Source: Geosiphon pyriformis uo1
Lineage: Eukaryota; Fungi; Glomeromycota
DNA: 64,000 nucleotides
Assembly (NCBI GenBank): GCA_016748015.1
Contig: JAAOMT010000436.1
Coordinates: 1,486,847-1,550,846, forward strand
Direction: 5' to 3'
Under the pieces are notes generated by a model, which saw only the letters and a list, made by a program, of their open reading frames with translations, was not told the DNA's origin and searched no databases. The position numbers and the translations under genes were made by a program. Positions 53,001 to 64,000 of the stretch are shown piece by piece. The number at the start of each line of letters is the position of its first letter. The stretch's first letter is position 1.

Positions 53001-53651
53001 ATGTTAAAATCGCAAACCAAAAATACAATATGTTTTACTCTTTACATATGGTTAAATTTAAGGAAATTAAAAGTAGGTAGGCTATCAAAAATTCCGTTTT
53101 CAGAAGAAAAAATTTTTCATCAACTAATTTATTTTTACTATCAGTCAGCGCTTCCCAGGAATAATCTATCATTAATGAATCGAACACTTAGAAATACAAA
53201 AAATCCTTTATTAAGNNNNNNNNNNNNNNNNNNNNTGGTGCAGAGTCATGGTAAAAAATGGGCAAATATAAGTCGTATTCTTCAAAGACCGCCTAGCGTG
53301 ATTCGCAGACACTATGAAGAATTCTTGGCGCCTGGGATCAAAAGGGGCCGATGGACTGGGGAAGAAATTAATGAATTAGCTAAAGCTTTTCAAAATCATG
53401 GTGAGAATTGGGAACAAATACAGCTATTAATTCCGGGAAGATCCTTACGGCAGATAAAAGTTCATTGTCGTTACTCACCAAAAGTTCAAAACTATTATAA
53501 TAAGGGGAAATGGAACTCAGTAGAGATAAAAAATTTAAAAGAAGCATTTGGAAAATATGGGAAAAATTGGGTAAATGTCTCAGAGGCGGTAGATACAAGA
53601 AATTTCTACCAATGTCGCGAAAAGATGCAATCAATAAAATGCTTTGAATAA
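53001..53651 (+). CDS. MYB protein copy 5 (repeats 1-2 hidden in a 20-N gap)
   Basis: Exon 1 53001-53072, intron 53073-53144 (GTAGGT...AACTAAT...TATCAG), exon 2 SALPRNNLSLMNRTL.... By comparison with copy 2 the gap stands for ~420 bp. Confidence 0.82.
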   Translation: MLKSQTKNTICFTLYIWLNLRKLKVGRLSKIPFSEEKIFHQLIYFYYQSALPRNNLSLMNRTLRNTKNPLLXXXXXXXXVQSHGKKWANISRILQRPPSVIRRHYEEFLAPGIKRGRWTGEEINELAKAFQNHGENWEQIQLLIPGRSLRQIKVHCRYSPKVQNYYNKGKWNSVEIKNLKEAFGKYGKNWVNVSEAVDTRNFYQCREKMQSIKCFE

Positions 53652-55599
53652 GGTTTAAAACCTTTACAATGTGCTTCTATCGAATACTCTTAATATTATG
53701 CATTTTATCTAATCCCATTTATAGGATTTATTAATACTCTCTTTTTTATAGAGCTTTTATAATCTACAGATTTAGGGTCTTATTGGCCAAATATTTTAGA
53801 CCCGCAACATAACTCTAACTAATTTATATAGTTATTATTTAGGAAAAATCCAGTTTATTAAAAAATACCATATAAAAATTAAGGTAATTATGATTAAAAT
53901 TCTTCAATTCTCTGAATTTAAATTTAAATTCTGGCGATCACTTATAAATTTTTTATATAGGTCAACTGATAATTACTTGCCGCATAACAAACACAACTTT
54001 TGATATCTCTATTAAAGTTAATTAATTTTATACAATAATATATTTGTCTTTTCAAATAGAATTTAATAGGTTTGAAATTATTTACAAGACTTTAAAAAAT
54101 ATTAAAAAATTAAAATTCAGGTATACAATTTATTTTGTAATTTTGGTTGCAAATATTCTTGATCTAAATATTACTAGATTTTCTAAGTATGAATTTAAAA
54201 AAAACTTGTTAAATAAAAAGTCATAAAATTAAATATATTATTTTAAAAAAATAAAACAATTAAATAATATATATTATAAAGGAATTTTGAATAAGTCTTN
54301 NNNNNNNNNNNNNNNNNNNNNNNNNNNNNNNNNNNNNNNNNNNNNNNNNNNNNNNNNNNNNNNNNNNNNNNNNNNNNNNNNNNNNNNNNNNNNNNNNNNN
54401 NNNNNNNNNNNNNNNNNNNNNNNNNNNNNNNNNNNNNNNNNNNNNNNNNNNNNNNNNNNNNNNNNNNNNNNNNNNNNNNNNNNNNNNNNNNNNNNNNNNN
54501 NNNNNNNNNNNNNNNNNNNNNNNNNNNNNNNNNNNNNNNNNNNNNNNNNNNNNNNNNNNNNNNNNNNNNNNNNNNNNNNNNNNNNNNNNNNNNNNNNNNN
54601 NNNNNNNNNNNNNNNNNNNNNNNNNNNNNNNNNNNNNNNNNNNNNNNNNNNNNNNNNNNNNNNNNNNNNNNNNNNNNNNNNNNNNNNNNNNNNNNNNNNN
54701 NNNNNNNNNNNNNNNNNNNNNNNNNNNNNNNNNNNNNNNNNNNNNNNNNATTAAAATATTATATTAAGATTAATTATTTTTAATTTACAATCTGTATAAT
54801 TAAAACATTTGTATTTTTATTCAGTAAAAATTACAGATTTGAAAACTTTTTTTATATTAACAATAATTCTATTAAATAATATATATTATTATATATATAT
54901 AATTATAAATTATTTTAATATTTTGAAAAAACAAAAAAATTGTTGGTTTTTAAGCAAAAATTAGCTTAAATGTAAATTTTATAAAAAAAATAATCAAGTT
55001 TTATTAAAAGCATAAAAATTATAATTAGCAAAAAACCAAAACTAAATTATTAAAGTTAAAAATTAAAATTTTTCAATTAATTATTATAAAAACAATATAA
55101 CAATTTTTATTACTTGATTAATATTATAATAAAAATAAAATTAAATAATAAAATTAATAATTTATTTAATAAAAATAAAATATAACATAAAAAATTATTA
55201 ATATATGTTTATTAAAAAACATAAATAATAAAAAAACTTAAAATATTAATAATAAATATATAAAAAATCACAAAAAAAACATAACTTAAAATATTTGATA
55301 ATAAGTATTTTAAACATACTTAAAATATTAATAACAAATATTTAGAACATTAAAAAAACAAAAAAACCATATGACAAAAAAATTAATTAATTATTGTAAA
55401 ATTAACAAAAAATTGATTAAATTTAAAACTTTAATTATATATTAATAATATTAATTATAATTATAATTAATATAATCAAAATAAATTAAATAATTACATT
55501 TTTTAATAACAATTTTTATTTAAAATTACAAATCTAAACTATTAAATAAATTAGTTAAATAATTTTGATTTAAGATCATATATTAAATAAAATTTGTTC

Positions 55600-58500
55600 A
55601 GCCAAAATGTTTTTTTTTTAAATAATTTTTGTATAGCTTTAATCTTTTTATTAGGAATTAGACTAATTAGTTTTTAATCTTTGAAAAAAAATAAACATAA
55701 TTTATATTTATTGCTTAAAAAATAAAAAAGATAATTGTATTAACATTAAACATAGAAACTATGTTTTTAATAGTTTTATCTTATTTTTTTTCTAGATTGT
55801 TATCTGAATATTCTTTTAAAAATATTATAATATAATTAATAAATAAGTTTTTTATTAACAATTAATTTTTTACTGTTAGTTTATATATTGTTTAAAAATT
55901 TTTCATTATTATTAAAGATAATAAAAATTAATTCAGCTTTTTTGTTTTTTTTTTTATTCTTTTCAGAATTTTTAAAATTATTAAAGTTGTTATTATTATT
56001 ACTTTAATGCTATTATTGTTGTATTATAACAAAGAAAACAGTCTAATAATAAGATTTGATTACAATTGATTAGGTTTTATTTTGAATTATAAGTTTTTAA
56101 AATATATAATTCAAGAAAGTTTTTGCTTTTTTAACTATTTATTTTCAATAATTATAGTATAATTTTTTGTTTTTGATATTTTTATATTAGTTTTAATACA
56201 AACTTTATTAATTTAAATAACAACAGCTTTAACAATTTTTAAACTTTTTTTCTTGTTTTTATAAATATTAATTATAAATTTGATTAATAATTTATTGACT
56301 TTTCTTTTAATTGTGTTTAAAATACTGGATTAAAATATTAATTAATAAATTATTATCTAATATTAGATTTATAAATATTCAATAATTTAAGCCTTATAAA
56401 TAAAGTTTTAACTTTTAAATAATTTTTAGTGATTTTAATTTTAATAGATTTTTAAATACTTTTAGTTTAAAAATTTTATTATTGTTGTTAAATATTAAAG
56501 CATTAAAATTAAGATTCAAATTAAAATTTACTTTTTGTTTTTTGAATTTGGTGTAACTTAATAGTTTGTTACTATTTTTATGTTATTATTAATTAAATTA
56601 AAACTAAATAAAAAATTTTCTTTTTTTTGGTCTGTATTCTTACTTTTAAAAATTGTGTTTATTAGTTTAAAAATTAATATTTGAATTAAAATTTTGATTA
56701 TTGTTTTTATTATTTGACTAATTATTGTTTTTTAAGATTAAAAAAAACATTGGAAAATTATTGCAATTTTATATTATATAACCAGTATTTTTACATTAAT
56801 AGCAAACAAAAAGACTTTGGTTTTTAAGTTTTGAATTATATTGGAATTATTAAAACTAATTATATTAAGTTAATATTAGGGCTTTGAAAGTCTTTAGTTT
56901 TTTTGTACAGCTCTTGTTAATAATTTTAAAAATTGGATTAAATTTATTATTAGTTTATATATTAATTGTTTATTAGAATTCTGGACAAAAACAGTAAAGA
57001 AAATAATAGCTAATTAAGAAAAATAATTAAAAATAAATGCAAATATTGAAAATAAAATTATATTCTTAAATATATTTGTTAATTATTTTTTACTTATTGT
57101 GCTATTTTTATAGTTGTATATAAAATTATATTATCTTTAATGATTAAAAAAGCCATATAGCATAAAATAAATTTGTTTTCAATTTTTTGATACATAAATA
57201 TATTTTCTGTTTATTTGTTTAGTTTTTTTTAAATTGGGTAGTAAAAAAGTTGTATTTTGTTTAGTATTTTTAGATAATTATAAACTATTTGTTAAACAAC
57301 TTTATTATTGGTTTTTTAAATAAATTATATAACAAAAAATTTTTGAAAATATTTTCTAATTATTTGAAACTTATAATCATTGTCATATTGGTTTATTGTA
57401 ACAACTTTTTTAAAATTTTTGAATTATTTTATAAGATCTTAAAAGTTTTTTTGAAATAAAAATAAAGAGCTTATATTTTAGCAACTTAAAACAATTTAAA
57501 TGTTTTAGGGTACTAATAATATGTTTGCTTTATCTTATGTTATAATAAAAGTTGGTATTTAAAATAAAGAGTCTAAATTATTTAAGAAAAGTTCAAAAAC
57601 AAAAACTGTTTAATAACTTTCTTTGTTTTCAGTTTTTAAAAGTGTTTTAAATTGTTAATAAATAATTATCTAATTATAGATTTGCTAATTTAAATTATCA
57701 AATTTAAGAAAAAGTTAACTAAAAATAACTAAAAATATTAATTGGTTTATGTAATTCTTTTTTGTTTTAAATTCTATTTTAATATATGTTTCATCAAAAA
57801 AATAAATAGTATATACTAAATAAGTTTTGGGTGAATATTCAACTAGAAGCCAATTCCAAAAATTTTGAAATTTTCGGCTAGACTGTTTTTTAATTAAAAA
57901 ACAAATAAAACAAGATTAAAAAAGATTGAGTTTAATATATATTAAATTATTTTAATTATGTATTATAAAATAATTTCAAGTTTTTTATTGTCTATATAAT
58001 AATAGATGTTCTAAAATTTTGACAATCTTATAGGAAGCACTACTTTTATATTATATTTAAATTAATAAACTAATAAAAAATTACAAAAAAAAACAATATT
58101 ATATAATAATTAAATAATAAAAAAAACAATTTAATTTTAATTAGTGAATTGAATTAGTAAAAATTTAATATGTAAAATTAGTCTTATAAATATTTTAGTT
58201 ATTATTTTTTTTATAAGATAACAAAAAAATCTGAAAGTAGAAAGATAATTTATACAGTTAACAAAAAATAATATATTAATATAATTTTATATTTTATATT
58301 AGTACTCTTAGAATTTAATATTAAATATTAATTATACTTTTTAATAAATATTTATTAAATATATTTCACAAAATTAATAATTATATAAATCAAAAAAAAT
58401 AATAGTAAAAAGAAAATAAAGAAGTTAATATTATTGTATTAATCTAAATATAATTTGAATATAAATGTCTTTTTATAAATTTAAAAAATTTTGCTTATAT

Positions 58501-58720
58501 ATTATTAAAAAAAATTAATAATTAAGTCAGTAATTATATTAATAATTTAGTTAATAATTTAGTTAATAATTTAATTAATAATTAAACCAATAATTAAATT
58601 AATGGTTAAATTAATAATTATATTAATAACTTATTTTAAAAATGAAATAACTAATATATATAATTAATTATAGTTAAATAAATAGATAAAAATTAAAAAA
58701 TAAAAGTTTTATCTATAATA
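55600..58720 (-). mobile_element. Gypsy family 2 element, extremely decayed (LTR 58049-58720 plus gag region)
   Basis: Reverse-complement homology to 61860-63700, e.g. 57460-57560 versus 62230-62345. Same LTR-end/AAAAGTAGTGC junction. Left boundary approximate. Confidence 0.72.
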
Positions 58721-58787
58721 ATACTATTAAATATTAATAAAATTTATTAAGTTTTATAATTAAAATAAATTAATTATTAATATACTA

Positions 58788-59184
58788 TTTTTTTTATAAT
58801 TTTATTATTTATTTTATAAATAAAATCCAATCACTATTTAATATTTTTGATTTAAGTAATAATATATGTGTTCATATAAGTATATTATATTGATTTGTTT
58901 GGTTTAAATAGCTGGCTATATATAATAAAAGTGTAAGTTATATTTAATTTAAACCACTTAGTCTGATTTTATATACTAAATAGCAGTTAAATTTTACTTA
59001 TTAATTAAAAAAAATTTAATATAATATAATTATCTGAAATTTTAAATTAAATATAATATATGTACTATATATAATTAGTTATTTAATTAATAAAAACAAT
59101 ATTACGAAATTATATAAACATATATATTAATAATTATATTTAAAAAAAACATATAATTAATTCTTAATTCAAAACTAATAATAT
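58788..59184. mobile_element. Two nested LINE 3'-end remnants
   Basis: A minus-strand 3' UTR (poly(T) at 58788) is split by a plus-strand ~170-bp 5'-truncated insertion (58845-59013, A-tail) flanked by ATTTAATAT at 58836-58844 and 59014-59022. Confidence 0.65.
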
Positions 59185-62100
59185 TGCTATAAATAAAACT
59201 TTTATTTTTTAATTTTTAATTAATTATTTAGTCATAATTAATTATATTTATTAGTTATTAATATCATATAATTAGCCAGTTTTTTTTTAGAATAAGTTAT
59301 TAATGTAATTATTAACTTGATTATTTTTTTTTATTGCTTAATAAGTACAGCCCAAAAGCTACCTAGAATAATACATCAAAGAAATAATCTAAACTAGACA
59401 TTAATTATGTATTTTCTATACATGACTAATTACTCAGACCAATCAAAAACACACTATATTAAAGTCTTAAGAAAAAACTTACTCAAAAAAGAGATTTTCT
59501 GAACAATACTAAACAAAGTAACATTATTAGGAACCAATCTAACCAGCCATTCAGCTGTTTTTAAGAGATCAAATTTGATATGAACAGGCTCATAAGTCCA
59601 AAGAGACATCAAGTTAGAAAATATATCATTATTCATACCAATTGGATGTTCTAAATCACCAAACATATCAATATCTTTTATATAACACTTTTTTTTCAAA
59701 AAGATCACCTTTCTTCCCAGCTTATTAACAGTCCTACTAAAGAAATCTATATGCACTAAAACTTCATTGATCCTAAAACCAAGAGCACTACTTGAAACCA
59801 AATTACCATTAATAAACTGTTCAAAAGTTGTGACCAAAGAGCCAATAGGCTTAACAATAGACTCAATCAAAACAAAAAGCTTAGTTAAATCAGATTTCAA
59901 AGAAGACAATCAAAACAGCACCAAAGAATTACTAACAACAACTAAAAAAGAGGCAAAAGATAACAGAGATAGAAATTCAGAAGAGTTCAAGAGAGCAGAA
60001 GTCTTGACATAAGACTTAGAACCAACAAAATATGAAATAAACATCTTGAGAAACTTGGAAAAAAGAAATGAAAAAACTTTATAGTCTACAGCCAGATAGT
60101 CTAGCTCTTAATACTTGAAACAATGCTAACAACCAGAAGTTTCTCACCAAATATGATATTTTCTTAGCATACCAGTTTTGACAACAATAGAATTCAAATC
60201 AGCTTGGGAACCAAATATAATCAAAGCAAACCGGAAACAATAACTAGATTCAAAAAAATAAGAAATAAAACATGTCTGACCACCAACTTAAGAAATCATA
60301 TCACTAATTTTAAAAGCTGTGCATCTAAAAAGAAGATTGACCAACTTGGCCTTAAACTTATCATGAAACAAAATAGTCTTATTTTGATTCATCAGAGAAA
60401 AAATTTTAATACTATTCTTACCTACCAAGACTGACCAATGATTTAAAGCAGACACAACAGAATCCAACTTCTCAAAATAAACCACCACATACTGCCAAAT
60501 ACCAGCAGACTTCAACACAACATGAGTGATACTATTAAACACACTAAAAACTGCCTTAATATTAGTAACAGACACATCCAAGAGCACATCATACAGTACA
60601 ACAATAGCAAAAAGGGAACCAGACTCAGAAACCACTAAAAACTTGGCAATTTTAAGAGTGGCCAAATATACAAAACTTGTAAGCTCAACCAAAAATACAG
60701 CTTTTAAAGACACTTGAGAAGCAAACTTTATACAAAACAGCTTTACATTGTCTTTTAATACTGATTTTACATCCAAAAAACCATGTATTAACTAAAAAAT
60801 AGTCTTAACATAAGCCAATTTAATTTTAAAAGTAGCACTAAGCACCAGAGTAAAGGCCACTCACCCAGCAAACTTTTGATAACTAGTAATAGTTTTCTAA
60901 GCACCACTAGTGACAACACTAGAAACCAGAAGAGAAGATGATTCAGTTTTTATTTGGTCAGCCCAGTTTTTAAAAACAAGTAACATCACAGAAAATAGTT
61001 GTTTTGCTTCTAAAACCAGCAATGATCTGCCAGAAGACACCATATTTGACAATACAGCCAGTGGTTTATCTTGGTTCATCTTGAATAATATGCTGAATGA
61101 TATAACAGAAATTATATTTAAGATCTCATTTGGAACCACAAAGAGATTCAGTGTAACAATAGCAGAGGCAAGTGACTGCCCCCACTTTTCTGAACTTTTG
61201 GTCTTTTTGACTATTTTTTTTGAAAAGAAGGTGCTAGAAACATCAGACATTGAAGCTATAAAGAAAATACTAGCTTATTAACTGGTTTATTATTAAACAC
61301 TTTTGGGCTCTTAGTAGGAGTGGAGGCAACACTGAAATTAACCCAAGTGTGTCTTTTTAAAAGAACTTTAATTAGTGAAAAATCAGCCAAAAATGAGAAA
61401 GTTGTTTTAATAGTTATTAAAAGCAGCTTTTTACAATTACTAAGTAAAGGAAAAACTTCTAAAATATTCTGTCTAGTTGTTTTTACAACAGAAAAAACTT
61501 TTCTGGTTAAAATTTTATTAGATATCTCAGGAAAAATATCAGGTACAGCTTTTTTACTTTTTGCTTTGGTTGTGGTTATAAAATTAAGAAGACAAAGAGT
61601 TTTTATACTTGATTATTGACTTATTTATTAATATAATTATTGATTTAATTACTAACTTAATTATTAACCAAATTATTGATTTTTTTTTAATAGTATATAA
61701 GTAAAATTTTTTTAAAAAAGCATTATTTATACTTAAATTATATTTAAATTAATACAATGATATTAACTTTTTTATTTTTTATTTTCCTTTTTTTTTTAAT
61801 TTATATAATTATTAGTATTTATAATGTATATTAAACTTTTTTTAATCTGAGTGTAACATAAAAGTAGTGCTTTTTGTAAAATTGTTAAAATTTTTTAAAT
61901 TATCTACTATTGTATAAATAATTACTTTTTTTAATATAAAAAAACCAAGATTATTTTATAATCTATAATTAAAATAATTTAATATATATTAAACTCGATT
62001 TTTATTTTATTTTGTCTTATTTGTTTTTTAGTTAAAAAACAATTATATCAATTAATTAATATTTTTAGTTATTTTTAGTTAACTTTTTTTAAATTTAATA

Positions 62101-63760
62101 AATTAAATTAACAAATTCATAATTAGATAACTATTTATTAACAACTTAAAAATTAAAAACAAAATAAGCTATAAAACAATCTTTGTTTTTAAATTATTTT
62201 TAAGTAATTCAAGCTTTTTATTTTAAACACCAATTTCTATTATAGCACAAAAAAGAGCTTAAAATAGAACAGACATATTATTAGCATCTTAAAATATTTA
62301 AACTGTTTTAAGTTGTCAAAATATAAGTTCTTTATTTTTATTTTAAAGAAATTTTTAAGACTTTATAGAATGGCTCAAAGATATTAAAAAGCTATTACAA
62401 CAAACCAATATAATAATAACTACAAATTCTAAATAGTTAAAGGATATTTTTAAGAATTTCTGCTACATAGTTTATTTAAAAAACTAATAGTAGAACTGTT
62501 TAACAAATAATTTGATAATTATCTAAAAATACTGAACATAATACAAATTTTTTTACTATTTAATTTGAAGAAAAATTTTATATTGTAATTTTAATATCTA
62601 AATAGAGAATAGAATTAGAAAAAAGAGTACAAGTTTCAAGAAAAATAATTACTAAATATGTTAAAACAATCTGAAAATTAATAAAATAAATTAACTTAGA
62701 AAAAAACTAAACAAAAAAACTAAAAATATATTATTTACCAAGAGATTAAAAACAAATTTATCTTATACTATTTGGCTTTTTTTTACTATTTAAAATAATT
62801 TAATCTTAAATACCACTATAGAAATAACACAGTAAATAAAAAATAATTAATATATACACTTAAGAAATATGATTTTTTCTTTAATAACTGTTTCTGTTTT
62901 ATTTTTTTTTCTTAACTGGCTGCTATTTTTTATTGCTTATGTTTAGAATCTTAATAAACAATTAATAAATAAATTAACAATAAATTTTGTTTAATTTTTA
63001 AAACTATTAACAAGAGCAATACAAAAAAACAAAAAATTTTCAAAATCCCAATATCTAAATATTAATTTCAATATAATTAGTTACAGAAGTCTTAATATAA
63101 TCCAAAACCTAAAAATTAAGGTTCTTTTGTTTGCTATTAATGTAAAAACACCAATCATATAGCATAAAATTATAATGATTTCTTAATGTCTCTTTTAATT
63201 CTGAGAAACAATAATTAATTAATTAATAAAAACAACAACAATTAAACTCTTAATTTAAACACTAATTAAGCCTATGTCAATTTTTTTAGAAAAAATCTCT
63301 TAATTAAAACCACAGAAGATTAGTTTTTAAATTAATAAGTGTACTTTCTAAGAGTAAGAATACAAACAAAAAAAAATCTCTTATTTAGTTTTAACTTAAC
63401 TAATGATAACATAAAAATACAAAAAAATAATAACAAGCTATCAAGTTATATTAGATCTAAAAAAACAAAAAGTAGATTTTAACTTGGATTCTAATGCTAT
63501 TGTTTCAACATTTAATAGCAAAAATAAAATCTTAAAATTAAAAATATTCAAAAACCTACCAAAATTAAAACTGTCAAAGATTATTCAAAAATCAAGTTTT
63601 TATTCAGTTGTAAAAGATCTAATAAAAACATCTGTCTATATTACATTTGGTCAGTTCATGACACATTTACAATTTTGAAAAGACCTTAAAAAATTATTAA
63701 TTTAAAAAAAACAACAACCAAAAACCAATAAATATCTTTAACAAACAATATTAGCTCTTA
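59185..63760 (+). mobile_element. Gypsy family 2 element: 5' LTR (59185-61858, interrupted) and decayed gag
   Basis: LTR TGCTATA...TGTAACA. Gag-like remnants KAITTNQYNNNYKF*IVKGY, ILISK*RIELEKRVQ, FTKRLKTNLSYTIW. A Tc1 element is inserted at 63761. Confidence 0.75.
59326..61606 (-). mobile_element. ORF1-only non-autonomous retroelement (HAL1-like) with LINE 3' UTR and poly(A)
   Basis: Single decayed ~700-codon ORF (~61579-59454) with RRM-like, decayed CCHC and coiled-coil parts. Its stop is followed directly by the shared LINE 3' UTR and A-tail. TSD ACTTGATTATT at 59315-59325 and 61607-61617. No APE or RT. Confidence 0.85.
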
Positions 63761-64000
63761 CAGAGGGTGTCCAAAAGTTTCCGAACAAGATTTTATTTAA
63801 CAATAATATTTATTTTTTTATAAAATAAAACAAAATAAACAACATATTTATAATTTTATAGTAATTTTCTAAATTTTTCTATTAAGTGTTACTAAACGTT
63901 TAAGTCGGCGATATTTTTGGTGAGTAAATAAACGTGGACGTCCTGAACAAGGTCTTGAATCAATTGAACCAGTTTCTTTAAATCGTTTTATTGTATCCGA
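63761..64000 (-). mobile_element. Tc1/mariner element end, probably an internally deleted derivative
   Basis: TA|CAGAGGGTGTCCAAAAGTTTCCGAAC terminus. Minus-strand DTIKRFKETGSIDSRPCSGRPRLFTHQKYRRLKRLVTLNRKI* (GRPR linker) stops ~110 bp from the TIR. Confidence 0.8.

Larger units (their letters stand above)
43670..54749. other. Five scaffold gaps (43670-44161, 49087-49297, 50796-50974, 53216-53235, 54300-54749)
   Basis: Runs of N, all within or next to the MYB cluster. Confidence 0.99.

Noticed and set aside
53073-53144. In-frame, stop-free intron as a regulated retention isoform
   Set aside because: The homologous introns of copies 2 and 3 have in-frame stops and that of copy 1 is 88 nt, so the property is not conserved.
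39112-53634. Repeated antisense ORFs over the MYB genes
   Set aside because: They are shadows of duplicated coding sequence with no independent support.
43656-54754. Long ORFs containing X runs (43656, 48949, 48975, 49079, 54287)
   Set aside because: They are read-throughs of N gaps. The N-terminus of the 330-aa ORF is non-coding AT-rich sequence.

Overview
AT-rich eukaryotic DNA, almost certainly fungal. The repeat-protein families resemble those of Glomeromycotina such as Geosiphon; this is inference, not a search result. About 1-38.7 kb and 54.7-64 kb are nested, decayed transposons: four full-length RNase H-bearing LINEs (APE-RT-RNH) plus 3' fragments, two Ty3/Gypsy families, a solo LTR, a 4.2-kb pogo/Tigger DNA transposon carrying two cargo pseudo-ORFs, and two Tc1 remnants. 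These show a graded C>T/G>A decay with CpG loss. Between 38.7 and 54.0 kb is a CpG-retaining island with five copies of a gene made almost entirely of five non-canonical MYB repeats, arranged as inverted arms. The ORF track misses their conserved 72-nt first exon and phase-0 intron, which give an acidic-free, basic/hydrophobic N-terminus (candidate mitochondrial presequence or signal peptide). The paralogues are patchwork recombinants that differ in their recognition helices. Also notable is a 2.3-kb retroelement that encodes only ORF1 yet has the LINE 3' UTR, poly(A) and a TSD (HAL1-like). All five assembly gaps lie in or next to the MYB cluster, so its structure needs long-read confirmation.
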